Positions 36,239-46,612 of a DNA stretch of 64,000 nucleotides are shown here, in pieces (position 1 is the stretch's first letter; each line of letters begins with the position of its first letter). The position numbers and the translations under genes are program-made. The stretch comes from Crocinitomicaceae bacterium. Lineage in GTDB: Bacteria > Bacteroidota > Bacteroidia > Flavobacteriales_D > Crocinitomicaceae. The notes beneath the pieces are model-generated. The model worked only from the letters and a program-made list of their open reading frames with translations. It had not been told where the DNA came from and did no database searches. The DNA is taken from positions 39 through 64,038 of the forward strand of contig JBIITO010000001.1 in the NCBI GenBank assembly GCA_044340465.1. The letters run 5' to 3'.

Positions 36239-37348
36239 ATGTCGCTTAGAAGGACATTTTTAAAAAGGATCGGACTTGGCTTTTTATCGATGCCAATGAT
36301 TAGCTGGAATTCAAACGAAAAAGAACAACAAATGGCTTCAAAAATACTTCAGATCAAACCTCTGGGATTTCAATGGGAAACACAAGATCCCTTTCTGTTT
36401 TGTGTACATCACGAAGACCAGTATCCCAAAGGCAACGAGCAGATGGGTCCAGACACATCGCTTTCCGGTAGATATTTAGGACAGGATTTCATCGTAAAAG
36501 ACGGATTCCGCATGTATCATGGAACCGAGGTTCCTGGTTTCCCTGGACACCCGCATCGTGGTTTTGAAACCATCACCGTGGTGCGCGAAGGTCTGGTAGA
36601 TCATGCGGATTCAACAGGTGCGTGTGGTCGCTATGGAAATGGCGACGTGCAATGGATGACAGCAGGAAAAGGCGTACAGCATTCTGAGATGTTCCCTTGT
36701 CTTCATGTCGATAGAGAAAATCCGCTTGAGCTATTTCAGATCTGGCTTAATCTCCCGGCAAAAAGTAAAATGGTTGAACCGCATTTCAAAATGCTGTGGA
36801 GTGAGAATGTGCCTAAAAGATCTTATTCTGACCAAAACGGGAATACCGCTCACATTGAAGTACTTGTGGGAGCTTTTCAAGAATTGAAAGCGGCTTCGGC
36901 ACCACCTAACTCATGGGCGGCAACAGATGCCAATGAAGTAGCGGTTTGGAATATTCAACTTGAACCAAATACGCAATTTGTGCTTCCGGCAGCAGGAAAA
37001 GGCATTAACCGTACCGTTTACTATTACGCTGGAAACGGTATGGAAATCGAAGACCAAGTCATCCCGAATTATCATGCGGTGATCGTGGATGCGTCGCAGG
37101 AGCTACTATTGCAGAATTCCGCTGAGCCAGCGAAGATTCTTGTGCTACAGGGAAAACCGATCAATGAACCGGTGGTTCAGCACGGACCCTTCGTGATGAA
37201 TTCCAAAGAAGAGATCTACCAGGCATTTTCAGATTACCAACAAACCCTCTTCGGAGGATGGCCCTGGCCGAAAAACGATCAGGTACATGCCCGCGAGTTG
37301 GGAAGATTTGCGAAACATTCGGATGGAACTGAAGAGGTGAAGGGATGA
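36239..37348 (+). CDS. Pirin-family protein with twin-arginine (Tat) signal peptide
   Basis: MSLRRTFLKRIGLGFLSMP matches S-R-R-x-F-L-K. Pirin cupin motifs GFPGHPHRGFETITVVREG and GDVQWMTAGKGVQHSE. Confidence 0.9.
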   Translation: MSLRRTFLKRIGLGFLSMPMISWNSNEKEQQMASKILQIKPLGFQWETQDPFLFCVHHEDQYPKGNEQMGPDTSLSGRYLGQDFIVKDGFRMYHGTEVPGFPGHPHRGFETITVVREGLVDHADSTGACGRYGNGDVQWMTAGKGVQHSEMFPCLHVDRENPLELFQIWLNLPAKSKMVEPHFKMLWSENVPKRSYSDQNGNTAHIEVLVGAFQELKAASAPPNSWAATDANEVAVWNIQLEPNTQFVLPAAGKGINRTVYYYAGNGMEIEDQVIPNYHAVIVDASQELLLQNSAEPAKILVLQGKPINEPVVQHGPFVMNSKEEIYQAFSDYQQTLFGGWPWPKNDQVHARELGRFAKHSDGTEEVKG

Positions 37349-37499
37349 ATTTGAACAAGGAGCATCCTTTGACGGGCTCAGGAGCCGGAGCAAGGATTAG
37401 TTTTGTTGATCATTCTATTATTTTGATTTCGAAATAGCTACTCAATGAGATGAGTTGTTTTATTTAGAACAACACCTTTCCTTATTCCTTGTTCTAAAA

Positions 37500-37946
37500 C
37501 TACTTCCGTTTCTTCTGAAAAAAGGAAAGCATCAACTCTGAACATTCCTTTTCCAGAGCACCATTCGTCACAAGCGTTTTTGGATGGTAAAGCTGGTTTT
37601 GAAAACGACTCGCACCACGTTTTTCGTCCCGTGCCCCGAAAACGATCTTATCAATCTGCGACCAATACAAGGCTCCGGCACACATCACGCAGGGCTCAAT
37701 GGTTACGTATAGAGTGCATCCCGATAAATATTTTCCGCCGAGGTATTCCGAAGCTGCCGTAATCGCTTGTATTTCTGCGTGCGCCGTTACATCGTGAAGG
37801 TGTTCTGTAAAATTATGTGCACGGGCGATCACCTGATTGTTGGCAACTACGACCGCACCCACGGGCACCTCATCCACATCAAATGCCTTTTGTGCTTCCA
37901 TAAGTGCCTGGCGCATGAAATAGTCATCATTATAAGGAGAGATCAT
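37500..37946 (-). CDS. tadA: tRNA adenosine(34) deaminase TadA
   Basis: 148 aa; CDA zinc motifs HAEIQAI and EPCVMCAGAL. N-terminal FMRQALMEAQKAFDVDEVPVGAVVV. Confidence 0.9.
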   Translation of the reverse strand: MISPYNDDYFMRQALMEAQKAFDVDEVPVGAVVVANNQVIARAHNFTEHLHDVTAHAEIQAITAASEYLGGKYLSGCTLYVTIEPCVMCAGALYWSQIDKIVFGARDEKRGASRFQNQLYHPKTLVTNGALEKECSELMLSFFQKKRK

Positions 37947-38023
37947 ATCCGTCTTTTTTTCAAAATTAATCGTTTGAACGAAACACTAAAACTTTGGCTA
38001 CCTTTGGGTCACAGAGCAAACGC

Positions 38024-38926
38024 ATGACAACAATACAACCTTCCCCGCTGCAAAAAGGTGATCTGATTTACATTACCGCGCCTGCCAAGGCGATAGAAAA
38101 AGAACATTTAGCCTTTGCTATTCAATTGCTCGAAAAAGAGGGTTTCAGGGTGTTACTTTCAGAACATTGTGGAGGTCAATACCATTATTTTTCAGGCACT
38201 GATGCCGAACGCATGGCCGATCTGCAATTTGGTCTCGATCATCCAGAAGTAAAAGCCATTCTGTGCGCCCGCGGTGGATACGGATGTGTGCGTATCGTCG
38301 ATGACCTTCAATGGGCAGGGATACTACGAGAACCGAAATGGCTCATCGGGTTCAGCGACATCACCGTGTTTCATCAGCGGCTGCAACGTTTTGGTTTGCA
38401 GAGCATTCATGGAACGATGGTGCTGAATTTTAGAGAAAACTCTGAAGAAGCAATGATCTCCATGTTACGTGCTTTGAGAGGAGAGGCCTATACCATTTCT
38501 GGTCCAAGAACAAATTACAATAGAACAGGGCTGTCCGATGGAGAATTAGTGGGCGGTAACCTAAGCATTCTTTACAGTCTGATCGGCACCAATGACCGGA
38601 TCGATTATTCAGGAAAGATATTATTCTTTGAAGATCTTGCCGAACACATCTATCATATAGACCGGATGTTATACACCTTCAAAAAGGCTGGTATCTGGGA
38701 AAAGATAAACGGTTTAATCGTAGGAGGAATGACAGACCTCGAAGACACTGCCATTCCGTTTGGCAAACAGATAGAAGAGCTCATTCTGGAACAATTAGCA
38801 TATAGAAACATCCCCGTTGCATTTGATTTTCCAGCCGGACATATCAACGACAACAGAGCGCTCATCCTGGGCAGGAACAGTCAGCTGAACGTTTCCGAAT
38901 CGGGCTCGGAACTGTGCTGGCTATAA
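38024..38926 (+). CDS. ldcA: LD-carboxypeptidase (peptidase S66, muramoyltetrapeptide carboxypeptidase-like)
   Basis: Start reset from TTG 37994 to ATG 38024. GDLIYITAPA, nucleophile elbow GFSDITVFH, C-terminal FDFPAGH. Confidence 0.8.
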   Translation: MTTIQPSPLQKGDLIYITAPAKAIEKEHLAFAIQLLEKEGFRVLLSEHCGGQYHYFSGTDAERMADLQFGLDHPEVKAILCARGGYGCVRIVDDLQWAGILREPKWLIGFSDITVFHQRLQRFGLQSIHGTMVLNFRENSEEAMISMLRALRGEAYTISGPRTNYNRTGLSDGELVGGNLSILYSLIGTNDRIDYSGKILFFEDLAEHIYHIDRMLYTFKKAGIWEKINGLIVGGMTDLEDTAIPFGKQIEELILEQLAYRNIPVAFDFPAGHINDNRALILGRNSQLNVSESGSELCWL

Positions 38927-39283
38927 AACCACAAACCGTTTCATACATCGTGAGCCATCTCGTTCCACAGAACAGATGTAAGATCCTGTAGTTATATCTT
39001 CCAGTGAAACCCTTCCTTCAGCACCAATGATCCAGGTGCCTACGTAAATACCAGAGGTACTGTAAACGGTTACGATTGAACCTTCCTTTCCTTCGATTGT
39101 GAGATTACCTTCTGAAGGATTTGGAAAAACAGAAACCTCAAGTGCGGATGCTTGAACAGCATTGGAAATCTGTAGGATATCATTGTCATGCCCTTCTATT
39201 GTGGAACCTTGTAAGTGGGATTGCTCTTGCGAATAAACGCAGATGAAACTTAAAATTGCTACAAATAGAGAAATCGTTTTCAT
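38921..39283 (-). CDS. Small secreted protein consisting mainly of a T9SS type A CTD
   Basis: Start reset to MKTISLFVAILSFICVYSQ. VFPNPSEGNLTIEGKEGSIVTVYSTSGIYV.......LEDITTGSYICSVERDGSRCMKRFVV. The 80-codon upstream extension in the track overlaps the sdhC promoter region and is basic and low-complexity. Confidence 0.6.
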   Translation of the reverse strand: MKTISLFVAILSFICVYSQEQSHLQGSTIEGHDNDILQISNAVQASALEVSVFPNPSEGNLTIEGKEGSIVTVYSTSGIYVGTWIIGAEGRVSLEDITTGSYICSVERDGSRCMKRFVVL

Positions 39284-39416
39284 GGGTGTTTTTTCCAAAG
39301 AACGCAGGCTTTGAGACATTGTAACAATTGAACTATCTATAATGAGTCTAAATAAGAACCTTCGTCGCCTGAAATTGTTGTATCTATTAAATTTGTCCTG
39401 TTTAATTAAACGCATT

Positions 39417-40289
39417 ATGAGTAAATCTGCAATATTATCATCATCCATCGCTAAGAAATACTGGATGGCGGTCACCGGCCTCTTTTTGTGCCTGTTTCTC
39501 GTTGGCCACTTACTTGGCAACCTTCAATTGATCTTGAAGACAGGTGAAGAGGGCCGAAGAGCATTCAATGAATATGCCTATTTCATGGGACATAATATTT
39601 TCATTAAAGTTCTATCCTATGCTACCTACGTCTCTATCCTTTTCCATGCAGTGGACGGGTTGATGCTCGCTATACAAAATCGAAAAGCACGTCCTGTGAA
39701 GTATGCCTACAACAATCCATCTGCAAACTCTTCAGGCGCAGCAAGACAGATGGCGGTTCTGGGTACGGCCATTCTGGTGTTTATCGTAATCCACATGGCT
39801 AATTTCTGGTGGAAAGTGAAAGTTTCTTCTGAACCATTCCCGGTACACACCTACGTGATTAGCTCAACCGATCAGATGGGAATGGCTAAAACAGACACAC
39901 TTTATTACACGCACACCCCAAGTTTGCAACCGGTTCCGGTCAATCCGATGATTGTTGTGAAGAACGGTACTGAACTTTACTTTAAGGAAGTAAACGTTAA
40001 AGTAGGAGATACTTACAAAGACTTGCACAAGATCGTCATGGCCTTCTTCGGGAAAAGTGTAAATGGTGCACCGGTGAACGAATACGCCCTATTCGCTGTT
40101 GTTCTTTACGTGTTGGCAATGGCTGTTCTATCTTTTCACCTCATGCATGGTTTTTCATCAGCATTCCAGTCACTTGGATTAAACCACAAAAAGTACATGC
40201 CGGGAATAAAACTTTTCGGAAAAATCTTCGCTATTGTAGTTCCTGCTGCATTTGCGATCATTCCGGTACTCATTTTCCTTAGTAAATAG
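39417..40289 (+). CDS. sdhC: Succinate dehydrogenase / fumarate reductase cytochrome b subunit, b558 family
   Basis: Start reset to ATG 39417 (MSKSAILSSSIAKKYWMAVTGLFLCLFLVGHLLGNLQL). Multiple TM helices with conserved His (FHAVDG, IVIHMANF, SFHLMHG). Immediately upstream of sdhA. Confidence 0.85.
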   Translation: MSKSAILSSSIAKKYWMAVTGLFLCLFLVGHLLGNLQLILKTGEEGRRAFNEYAYFMGHNIFIKVLSYATYVSILFHAVDGLMLAIQNRKARPVKYAYNNPSANSSGAARQMAVLGTAILVFIVIHMANFWWKVKVSSEPFPVHTYVISSTDQMGMAKTDTLYYTHTPSLQPVPVNPMIVVKNGTELYFKEVNVKVGDTYKDLHKIVMAFFGKSVNGAPVNEYALFAVVLYVLAMAVLSFHLMHGFSSAFQSLGLNHKKYMPGIKLFGKIFAIVVPAAFAIIPVLIFLSK

Positions 40290-40307
40290 AATTAATCTTC
40301 TTCAACT

Positions 40308-42320
40308 ATGTCAAAGTTAGATTCGAAAATACCTGAGGGTCACATTTCACAGAAATGGACCGATCATAAGAACCACCTTAAACTGGTTGCGCCGAATAAC
40401 CGTCCCAAGATCGACATTATTGTGGTGGGAACAGGTCTTGCTGGAGCTTCTGCAGCTGCTTCACTAGGGGAAATGGGTTACAACGTGAAAGCATTCTGTT
40501 TTCAGGATTCACCACGTCGTGCGCATTCTATTGCCGCTCAAGGAGGTATCAATGCTGCGAAAAATTACCAGAATGATGGTGACTCTGTCTATCGCTTGTT
40601 CTATGATACGATCAAAGGAGGTGATTACCGTGCGCGCGAGGCAAACGTGCATCGATTAGCAGAAGTTTCCGGAAACATTATTGATCAATGTGTGGCTCAA
40701 GGCGTTCCTTTTGCTCGTGAATACGGCGGTTTATTAGACAACCGTTCTTTCGGTGGAACACAGGTTCAACGTACATTCTATGCTGCTGGTCAGACAGGAC
40801 AACAGTTATTGCTCGGTGCATATTCTGCACTTTCACGTCAAATTGGTTTAGGTCGTGTGCAAATGTACAATCGCCACGAAATGCTTGACATTGTGAAAGT
40901 AGACGGAAAAGCACGTGGTATCATTGCAAGAAACCTAGTATCAGGTGAATTGGAAAGACATTCTGCACACGCCGTAATCATCGCTTCAGGCGGTTACGGA
41001 AACGTATATTTCCTTTCAACCAACGCCATGGGAAGCAACGTCACGGCTGCGTGGAAGATCCACAAACAAGGAGCATATTTTGCCAACCCTTGTTTCGTTC
41101 AGATCCACCCGACGTGCATTCCAGTTCATGGAACGAATCAATCCAAACTGACTTTGATGTCAGAATCACTGCGTAACTCAGGAAGAATCTGGGTTCCGAA
41201 GAAAAAAGAAGATGCAGAAGCGATTCGTGAAGGTCGTTTAAAGCCAACACAGATCGCCGAAGAGGATCGTGATTACTTCCTTGAAAGAAGATACCCGGCA
41301 TTCGGTAACCTTGTTCCACGTGACGTAGCATCCAGAGCAGCCAAAGAGCGTTGTGATGCCGGTTTCGGAATCGAAGCAAATGATACGAATGAAGGCGTTT
41401 ACCTGGACTTCTCATCAGAAATCCGCTCTAAAGGGAAACAAGCCGCCTATGCACAAGGAGACCAAAATCCATCAGACGAAAAAATCCTCGAACTCGGAAA
41501 GAAATGGGTAGAGGAAAAATACGGTAACCTTTTCCAGATGTATGAAAAGATCACAGATGAGAACCCATATGAAACACCGATGAAGATCTATCCTGCGGTT
41601 CACTATACCATGGGTGGTGTTTGGGTGGATTACAACCTTCAATCCACTATTCCAGGATGTTTCGTAGCTGGTGAAGCGAACTTCTCAGACCACGGAGCGA
41701 ATCGCTTAGGAGCTTCTGCTCTTATGCAAGGTTTAGCAGATGGATATTTCGTGCTTCCATACACTGTTTCAGATTACCTCGCTGATGAGATCCGTACTGG
41801 AAAAATCCCAACGAATACGGCAGAGTTTGATGAGGCTGAAAACAGAGTAAAGGAAACCATCAGCAGGTTCCTCAACAATAACGGAACGAAATCCGTGGAT
41901 CACTTCCACAAACGATTGGGATTGATCATGTGGAACAAAGTTGGAATGGGACGGAACGAAAAGGGTTTAAAAGAAGCCATCGAGGATATTGCATCCCTGA
42001 AGGCAGAATTTCACAAAGAAGTTTACGTTCCAGGTTCCGCTGACGAGTTAAATCCAGAATTGGAGAAAGCACTTCGCGTAGCCGACCTTATTGAACTGGG
42101 TCAACTGATGGCGATGGATGCCTTGCAACGAAACGAATCATGTGGAGGACACTTCCGTGAAGAATATCAGGATTCTGAAGGAGAAACACTTCGTGACGAT
42201 GAGAACTTCAAATTTGTAGGTGCCTGGGAATATCAGGGAGACGATATCAGCAAAGAAACACTTCACAAAGAAGAGTTGAAGTACGAGTTCATTAAAATTG
42301 CAGCGAGAAACTATAAGTAA
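40308..42320 (+). CDS. sdhA: Succinate dehydrogenase / fumarate reductase flavoprotein subunit
   Basis: FAD fold [17 protein letters not shown]; covalent-FAD His context [15 protein letters not shown]. 670 aa, the Bacteroidota/B. subtilis-type length. Confidence 0.95.
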   Translation: MSKLDSKIPEGHISQKWTDHKNHLKLVAPNNRPKIDIIVVGTGLAGASAAASLGEMGYNVKAFCFQDSPRRAHSIAAQGGINAAKNYQNDGDSVYRLFYDTIKGGDYRAREANVHRLAEVSGNIIDQCVAQGVPFAREYGGLLDNRSFGGTQVQRTFYAAGQTGQQLLLGAYSALSRQIGLGRVQMYNRHEMLDIVKVDGKARGIIARNLVSGELERHSAHAVIIASGGYGNVYFLSTNAMGSNVTAAWKIHKQGAYFANPCFVQIHPTCIPVHGTNQSKLTLMSESLRNSGRIWVPKKKEDAEAIREGRLKPTQIAEEDRDYFLERRYPAFGNLVPRDVASRAAKERCDAGFGIEANDTNEGVYLDFSSEIRSKGKQAAYAQGDQNPSDEKILELGKKWVEEKYGNLFQMYEKITDENPYETPMKIYPAVHYTMGGVWVDYNLQSTIPGCFVAGEANFSDHGANRLGASALMQGLADGYFVLPYTVSDYLADEIRTGKIPTNTAEFDEAENRVKETISRFLNNNGTKSVDHFHKRLGLIMWNKVGMGRNEKGLKEAIEDIASLKAEFHKEVYVPGSADELNPELEKALRVADLIELGQLMAMDALQRNESCGGHFREEYQDSEGETLRDDENFKFVGAWEYQGDDISKETLHKEELKYEFIKIAARNYK

Positions 42321-42332
42321 TCAGGCATTAGG

Positions 42333-42710
42333 ATGACGGTTCTTTCTTATAAAGATTTACTGATTTGGCAAAAAGGGGTAGACCTTGCAGTAGATGTATA
42401 TCAACTCACTAAGGATTTTCCTGAGGGAGAAAAATATGCTCTTTCAAGTCAAATTAGACGTTTTGCATGTTCTATTTCAGCGAATATTGCCGAGGGCTAT
42501 GGAAGAAATTCAACTAAGAGTTATAGCCAATTCATAAAAATTTCTCGTGGATCACTTTATGAATTAGAAACACATATTATCCTCGCGGAAAGATTGTGCT
42601 ATTTATGTGCTGAAGAATTACTAATTAAAATTAAAGCTCAAATCCAGGAAGAAAGCAAAATGCTAACTGCCTTTATAAAGAAATTAGAAAAAAAAGAACT
42701 AACGGTGTAA
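42333..42710 (+). CDS. Four-helix-bundle protein (23S rRNA intervening-sequence protein family)
   Basis: YKDLLIWQKGVDLAVDVYQLTKDFP..EKYALSSQIRR...SISANIAEGYGR.....Y.QF..ISRGSLYELETH is the family pattern. 125 aa. Confidence 0.85.
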   Translation: MTVLSYKDLLIWQKGVDLAVDVYQLTKDFPEGEKYALSSQIRRFACSISANIAEGYGRNSTKSYSQFIKISRGSLYELETHIILAERLCYLCAEELLIKIKAQIQEESKMLTAFIKKLEKKELTV

Positions 42711-42770
42711 TAGGTTATTGGCTTGTAGTTTATACTATTGGCTAATGCCTACAAACTAAAAACTAAAAAT

Positions 42771-43535
42771 ATGGCATCAAAATTCATAAACATCACCCTG
42801 AAAGTATGGCGTCAGAAAAACGCGAACTCCAAAGGAGCGATTGAAACGTATAAACTTGATAACGTATCCACGGACAGTTCCTTTCTGGAGATGATGGATC
42901 AATTGAACGAACAATTGATCAACGAGCGCAAAGAACCAATTGCATTCGACCATGATTGTCGTGAAGGAATTTGCGGAAGCTGTTCCATGTATATCAATGG
43001 GCGTGCTCACGGACCTGACACAGGAATCACGACCTGTCAGTTACACATGCGCACCTTCAAAGATGGCGAAACCATCTATGTAGAGCCATGGAGAGCGAAG
43101 GCTTTTCCGATCATCAAAGACCTTGTGGTTGACAGAAGCGCATTTGACCGTATTCAACAAGCGGGAGGTTTTGTATCCGTTAACACCTCAGGACGAACAA
43201 TGGATGCCAATGCCATCCCTGTTCCAAAAGACGATGCGGACAAAGCATTCGAAGCAGCAGCATGTATCGGTTGTGGAGCATGTGTGGCGACATGTAAGAA
43301 CAGTTCTGCAATGTTGTTCGTTGGGGCAAAAGTTTCTCAGTACGCCTTATTGCCTCAAGGACAAGTAGAAGCGAAACAGCGCGTGTTGAACATGGTTCGA
43401 CAAATGGACGAAGAAGGATTCGGCAACTGCACCAATACAGGTGCCTGCGAAGTGGAATGTCCTAAGGGCATCTCCCTTGAGAACATCGCCCGAATGAACC
43501 GTGAGTTCCTGAAAGCAGCATTAAGTTCGGAATAA
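42771..43535 (+). CDS. sdhB: Succinate dehydrogenase / fumarate reductase iron-sulfur subunit
   Basis: Start reset from TTG 42738 to ATG 42771. Cluster ligands [39 protein letters not shown]. Confidence 0.95.
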   Translation: MASKFINITLKVWRQKNANSKGAIETYKLDNVSTDSSFLEMMDQLNEQLINERKEPIAFDHDCREGICGSCSMYINGRAHGPDTGITTCQLHMRTFKDGETIYVEPWRAKAFPIIKDLVVDRSAFDRIQQAGGFVSVNTSGRTMDANAIPVPKDDADKAFEAAACIGCGACVATCKNSSAMLFVGAKVSQYALLPQGQVEAKQRVLNMVRQMDEEGFGNCTNTGACEVECPKGISLENIARMNREFLKAALSSE

Positions 43536-43841
43536 ACTCACTTTGATATTGTTGTAATTTATCGATGTGAATAAGTTCATTTCGCGGACTTAAATTCAAA
43601 ACAACAATATAAATTTGCCTAATTGTGACAGATTAAAAATAGTGTTGTTTGCTGAAATCAATCGGCTGATGCATTTTTTTGATTAAATGGCAATGAATTT
43701 TACAGTTTGTCCCCTTAACCTAAAAGTTTCTTAATATCCGTAAATAGTGCATGTAGTCAATTTCCTTGTCTATCTGATTCAAAAAACACTTTAGACTCCC
43801 AAATTATCCATTAAAAGATTAGAATGTTCTTTCGAATTCTC

Positions 43842-43849
43842 TAAATTTG
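43842..43849 (+). promoter_or_regulatory. Candidate Bacteroidota -7 promoter element (TAnnTTTG) for sucAB
   Basis: TAAATTTG, 26 nt upstream of the ATG at 43875. A second identical 8-mer lies at 43610-43617. The motif is AT-rich, so chance matches are plausible. Confidence 0.25.
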
Positions 43850-43874
43850 CTTTTCCATCATTGAGCTCAAAAAA

Positions 43875-46601
43875 ATGGATAAAGTTTCTTACGTTGGCAA
43901 TGCAGACGTTAATGCTATTGACCACCTGTACAACCAATACCTTCACGACCCAGAAAGTGTAGATATTGGTTGGAAAAAATTCTTCGAAGGCTTTGATTTT
44001 GCGCGTACCAGTTTTGAAGAGGGCGGTACTATTCCTGAAAATTTCCAAAAGGAATTCAAAGTATTGAACCTCATCAATGGATATCGTACTAGAGGTCATT
44101 TATTTACGAAAACAAATCCTGTACGAGATCGGAGAAAATACTCTCCTACACTTGATTTAGAGAATTTTGGCTTGACTGAAGCAGATATGGATTTGGTCTA
44201 TCAAGCAGGTGATGAAATTGGAATAGGCGCTTCCACGTTGAGAGCCATCATAGAACATTTGGAACAGACCTATTGTCAATCCATTGGGATCGAGTATGTG
44301 TACATGCGCGATCCCAAGCGTATTGAATGGCTTAAAAGCAAGATAGAACTCAAGAACAGACCCGTTTTTTTAAAAGAACGCAAAATTCAAATCTTTAAAA
44401 AACTCAATCAAGCCACGAATTTTGAGTCGTTCCTAGGCAAGAAGTTTGTTGGTCAAAAGCGTTTCTCTATCGAGGGCGGAGAAGCTCTGATTCCAGCCTT
44501 AGATACGTTGGTCAACAAAGGTTCGTCATTAGGGGTGGAGTATTTCGTGATGGGCATGGCTCACCGCGGACGTTTAAATACGCTAACAAATATTTTTGAG
44601 AAGCGTCCAAAAGACATCTTCTCCGAATTCGAAGGAAAAGAATTCGATACCGTTGATTACTTTGACGGGGATGTAAAATATCATCAGGGATTTACTTCAC
44701 AAGTTACATTAGATTCAGGGAAACAGATTGGTGTAACGCTAGCTCCCAACCCCTCTCATCTCGAAGCTGTTAATACAGTTGTTGAAGGTATTGCACGTGC
44801 AAAAGTAGATCATCTGCTAAAAGATGAAAAGAAGATCTGTCCAGTACTTATTCATGGGGATGCTGCAGTCGCTGGTCAGGGTATTGTTTACGAAACGATA
44901 CAAATGGCACAACTAGATGGCTACCGGGCAGGAGGAACAATACACATAGTGGTGAATAATCAGGTAGGGTTTACCACGAACTACCTGGATGCCCGATCAT
45001 CCACCTACTGTACCGACGTAGCCAAAACAACACTTTGTCCGGTATTCCATGTAAATGGAGATGACATAGAGGCGGTTATTCAGGCAGTAGAAATCGCCAT
45101 GGAATATCGACAAGAATTCAATCGTGACATTTTTATTGATCTACTGTGCTACCGTAAATACGGGCATAACGAGGGTGATGAGCCTAAATTCACGCAACCA
45201 AGCCTATATAATATCATCGCCAAACATCCGAATCCGAAGGATATTTACTTTGCCCAATTAGAGAATGAAGGCGTGCTGTCCAAAGAAGAAGCGAAGAAAT
45301 TCGAAGATGCCTACAATGAATACCTAGAAAATGAATTCGATATTTCACGTCAGAATGATAAGGCGTTGGTTTACGACTTTTTAAGTCAAACGTGGGAAGG
45401 CTATCGTCATGGAAAGTCAAGTGATTTCGAAAAATCACCTGAAACGGGAGTGGATAAAAATAAGTTACTCGAGTTGGGAACGAAACTAGCTACACTTCCT
45501 GAAGGAAAGAAATACTTCCGTAAAATCGCTAAAATCTTTGAAGATCGTCTCAATGCAGTTAAAGAAGATCGATTAGATTGGGGCACTGCAGAAATGCTAG
45601 CTTATGCCACATTGTTGGAAGAAGGTCATCCAGTCCGAATTTCGGGTCAGGATGTAGAACGCGGAACCTTTTCTCACCGTCATGCCGTTGTGAAAACTGA
45701 GGACACAGAGGAAGAGATCGAAACATTGAATATGCTATCAGATAAACAAGCGAAATTCTATGTTTACAATTCCTTGCTTTCTGAATACGGTGTTCTGGGT
45801 TTTGAATATGGCTACTCGCTTGCCACACCAAACGCACTTACAGTCTGGGAAGCACAGTTTGGAGATTTCTTCAACGGTGCACAGATCATGGTCGATCAGT
45901 TCATCTCTGCAGGAGAGGATAAATGGGCTACGCAGACAGGATTGGTTATGCTTCTTCCACACGGGTATGAAGGTCAGGGAGCAGAACATTCTAGTGGACG
46001 TATGGAGCGTTTTCTTCAGCAATGTGCCGACAATAATATGCAAGTCGTGAACACTTCCACGCCTGCGAATCACTTCCACTTGTTGAGAAGACAACTGAAG
46101 CGTGAATTCCGCAAACCATTGGTCGTTTTCTCACCAAAAATGCTATTGCGCCATCCAGCCGCAACTTCATCGCTTGATGAAATGGCTAAAGGGTCTTTCC
46201 AGGAAGTGATCGATGATCCAACAGCAAAAGCAGGGAACGTGGATACTGTCGTATTCTGTTCAGGAAAATTCTATTACGAAATGATGGAAAAGGCCAACGA
46301 ATATGGGGTAGATAATATGGCCTTCGTTCGTGTAGAACAATTGTACCCTTTGCCGAAAAAGCAAATCGATTCCATTATCGCTAAATATAAGGGCGCTAAG
46401 AATATCCTATGGGCGCAGGAAGAACCTTCCAACATGGGTGCGTGGACTTACATTGCAATGTCAATGCGAGACATTCCATTTATCGGAATTTGCAGAAATG
46501 CAACTGCTGCTGCTGCAGAGGGTTCGAAAAAATTACATGAAAAACGGTTGAAACAACTCTTTGAAGATTTGTTCAAGTTCGCTAAAGTCAACGCTAAATA
46601 A
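43875..46601 (+). CDS. sucA: 2-oxoglutarate dehydrogenase E1 component
   Basis: 908 aa; N-terminal [60 protein letters not shown]. Confidence 0.95.
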   Translation: MDKVSYVGNADVNAIDHLYNQYLHDPESVDIGWKKFFEGFDFARTSFEEGGTIPENFQKEFKVLNLINGYRTRGHLFTKTNPVRDRRKYSPTLDLENFGLTEADMDLVYQAGDEIGIGASTLRAIIEHLEQTYCQSIGIEYVYMRDPKRIEWLKSKIELKNRPVFLKERKIQIFKKLNQATNFESFLGKKFVGQKRFSIEGGEALIPALDTLVNKGSSLGVEYFVMGMAHRGRLNTLTNIFEKRPKDIFSEFEGKEFDTVDYFDGDVKYHQGFTSQVTLDSGKQIGVTLAPNPSHLEAVNTVVEGIARAKVDHLLKDEKKICPVLIHGDAAVAGQGIVYETIQMAQLDGYRAGGTIHIVVNNQVGFTTNYLDARSSTYCTDVAKTTLCPVFHVNGDDIEAVIQAVEIAMEYRQEFNRDIFIDLLCYRKYGHNEGDEPKFTQPSLYNIIAKHPNPKDIYFAQLENEGVLSKEEAKKFEDAYNEYLENEFDISRQNDKALVYDFLSQTWEGYRHGKSSDFEKSPETGVDKNKLLELGTKLATLPEGKKYFRKIAKIFEDRLNAVKEDRLDWGTAEMLAYATLLEEGHPVRISGQDVERGTFSHRHAVVKTEDTEEEIETLNMLSDKQAKFYVYNSLLSEYGVLGFEYGYSLATPNALTVWEAQFGDFFNGAQIMVDQFISAGEDKWATQTGLVMLLPHGYEGQGAEHSSGRMERFLQQCADNNMQVVNTSTPANHFHLLRRQLKREFRKPLVVFSPKMLLRHPAATSSLDEMAKGSFQEVIDDPTAKAGNVDTVVFCSGKFYYEMMEKANEYGVDNMAFVRVEQLYPLPKKQIDSIIAKYKGAKNILWAQEEPSNMGAWTYIAMSMRDIPFIGICRNATAAAAEGSKKLHEKRLKQLFEDLFKFAKVNAK

Positions 46602-46612
46602 AACGCAAAGAA

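Noticed and set aside
39284-39520. N-terminal extensions created by TTG/GTG or far-upstream starts in the track (38921-39520, 39342, 48269, 53786, 37994, 42738, 31132, 24580, 27581, 29535, 15783, 8809, 53696, 58503, 61874)
   Set aside because: In each case an internal ATG immediately precedes a clean signal peptide or the conserved family N-terminus. The extension either overlaps a neighbouring gene or promoter, or is basic and low-complexity.
42333-42710. Four-helix-bundle gene as a toxin-antitoxin component or an insertion sequence
   Set aside because: There is no partner ORF, no transposase and no long terminal repeats. Only a 9-bp flanking inverted repeat is present, and it is reported as a finding rather than called a mobile element.
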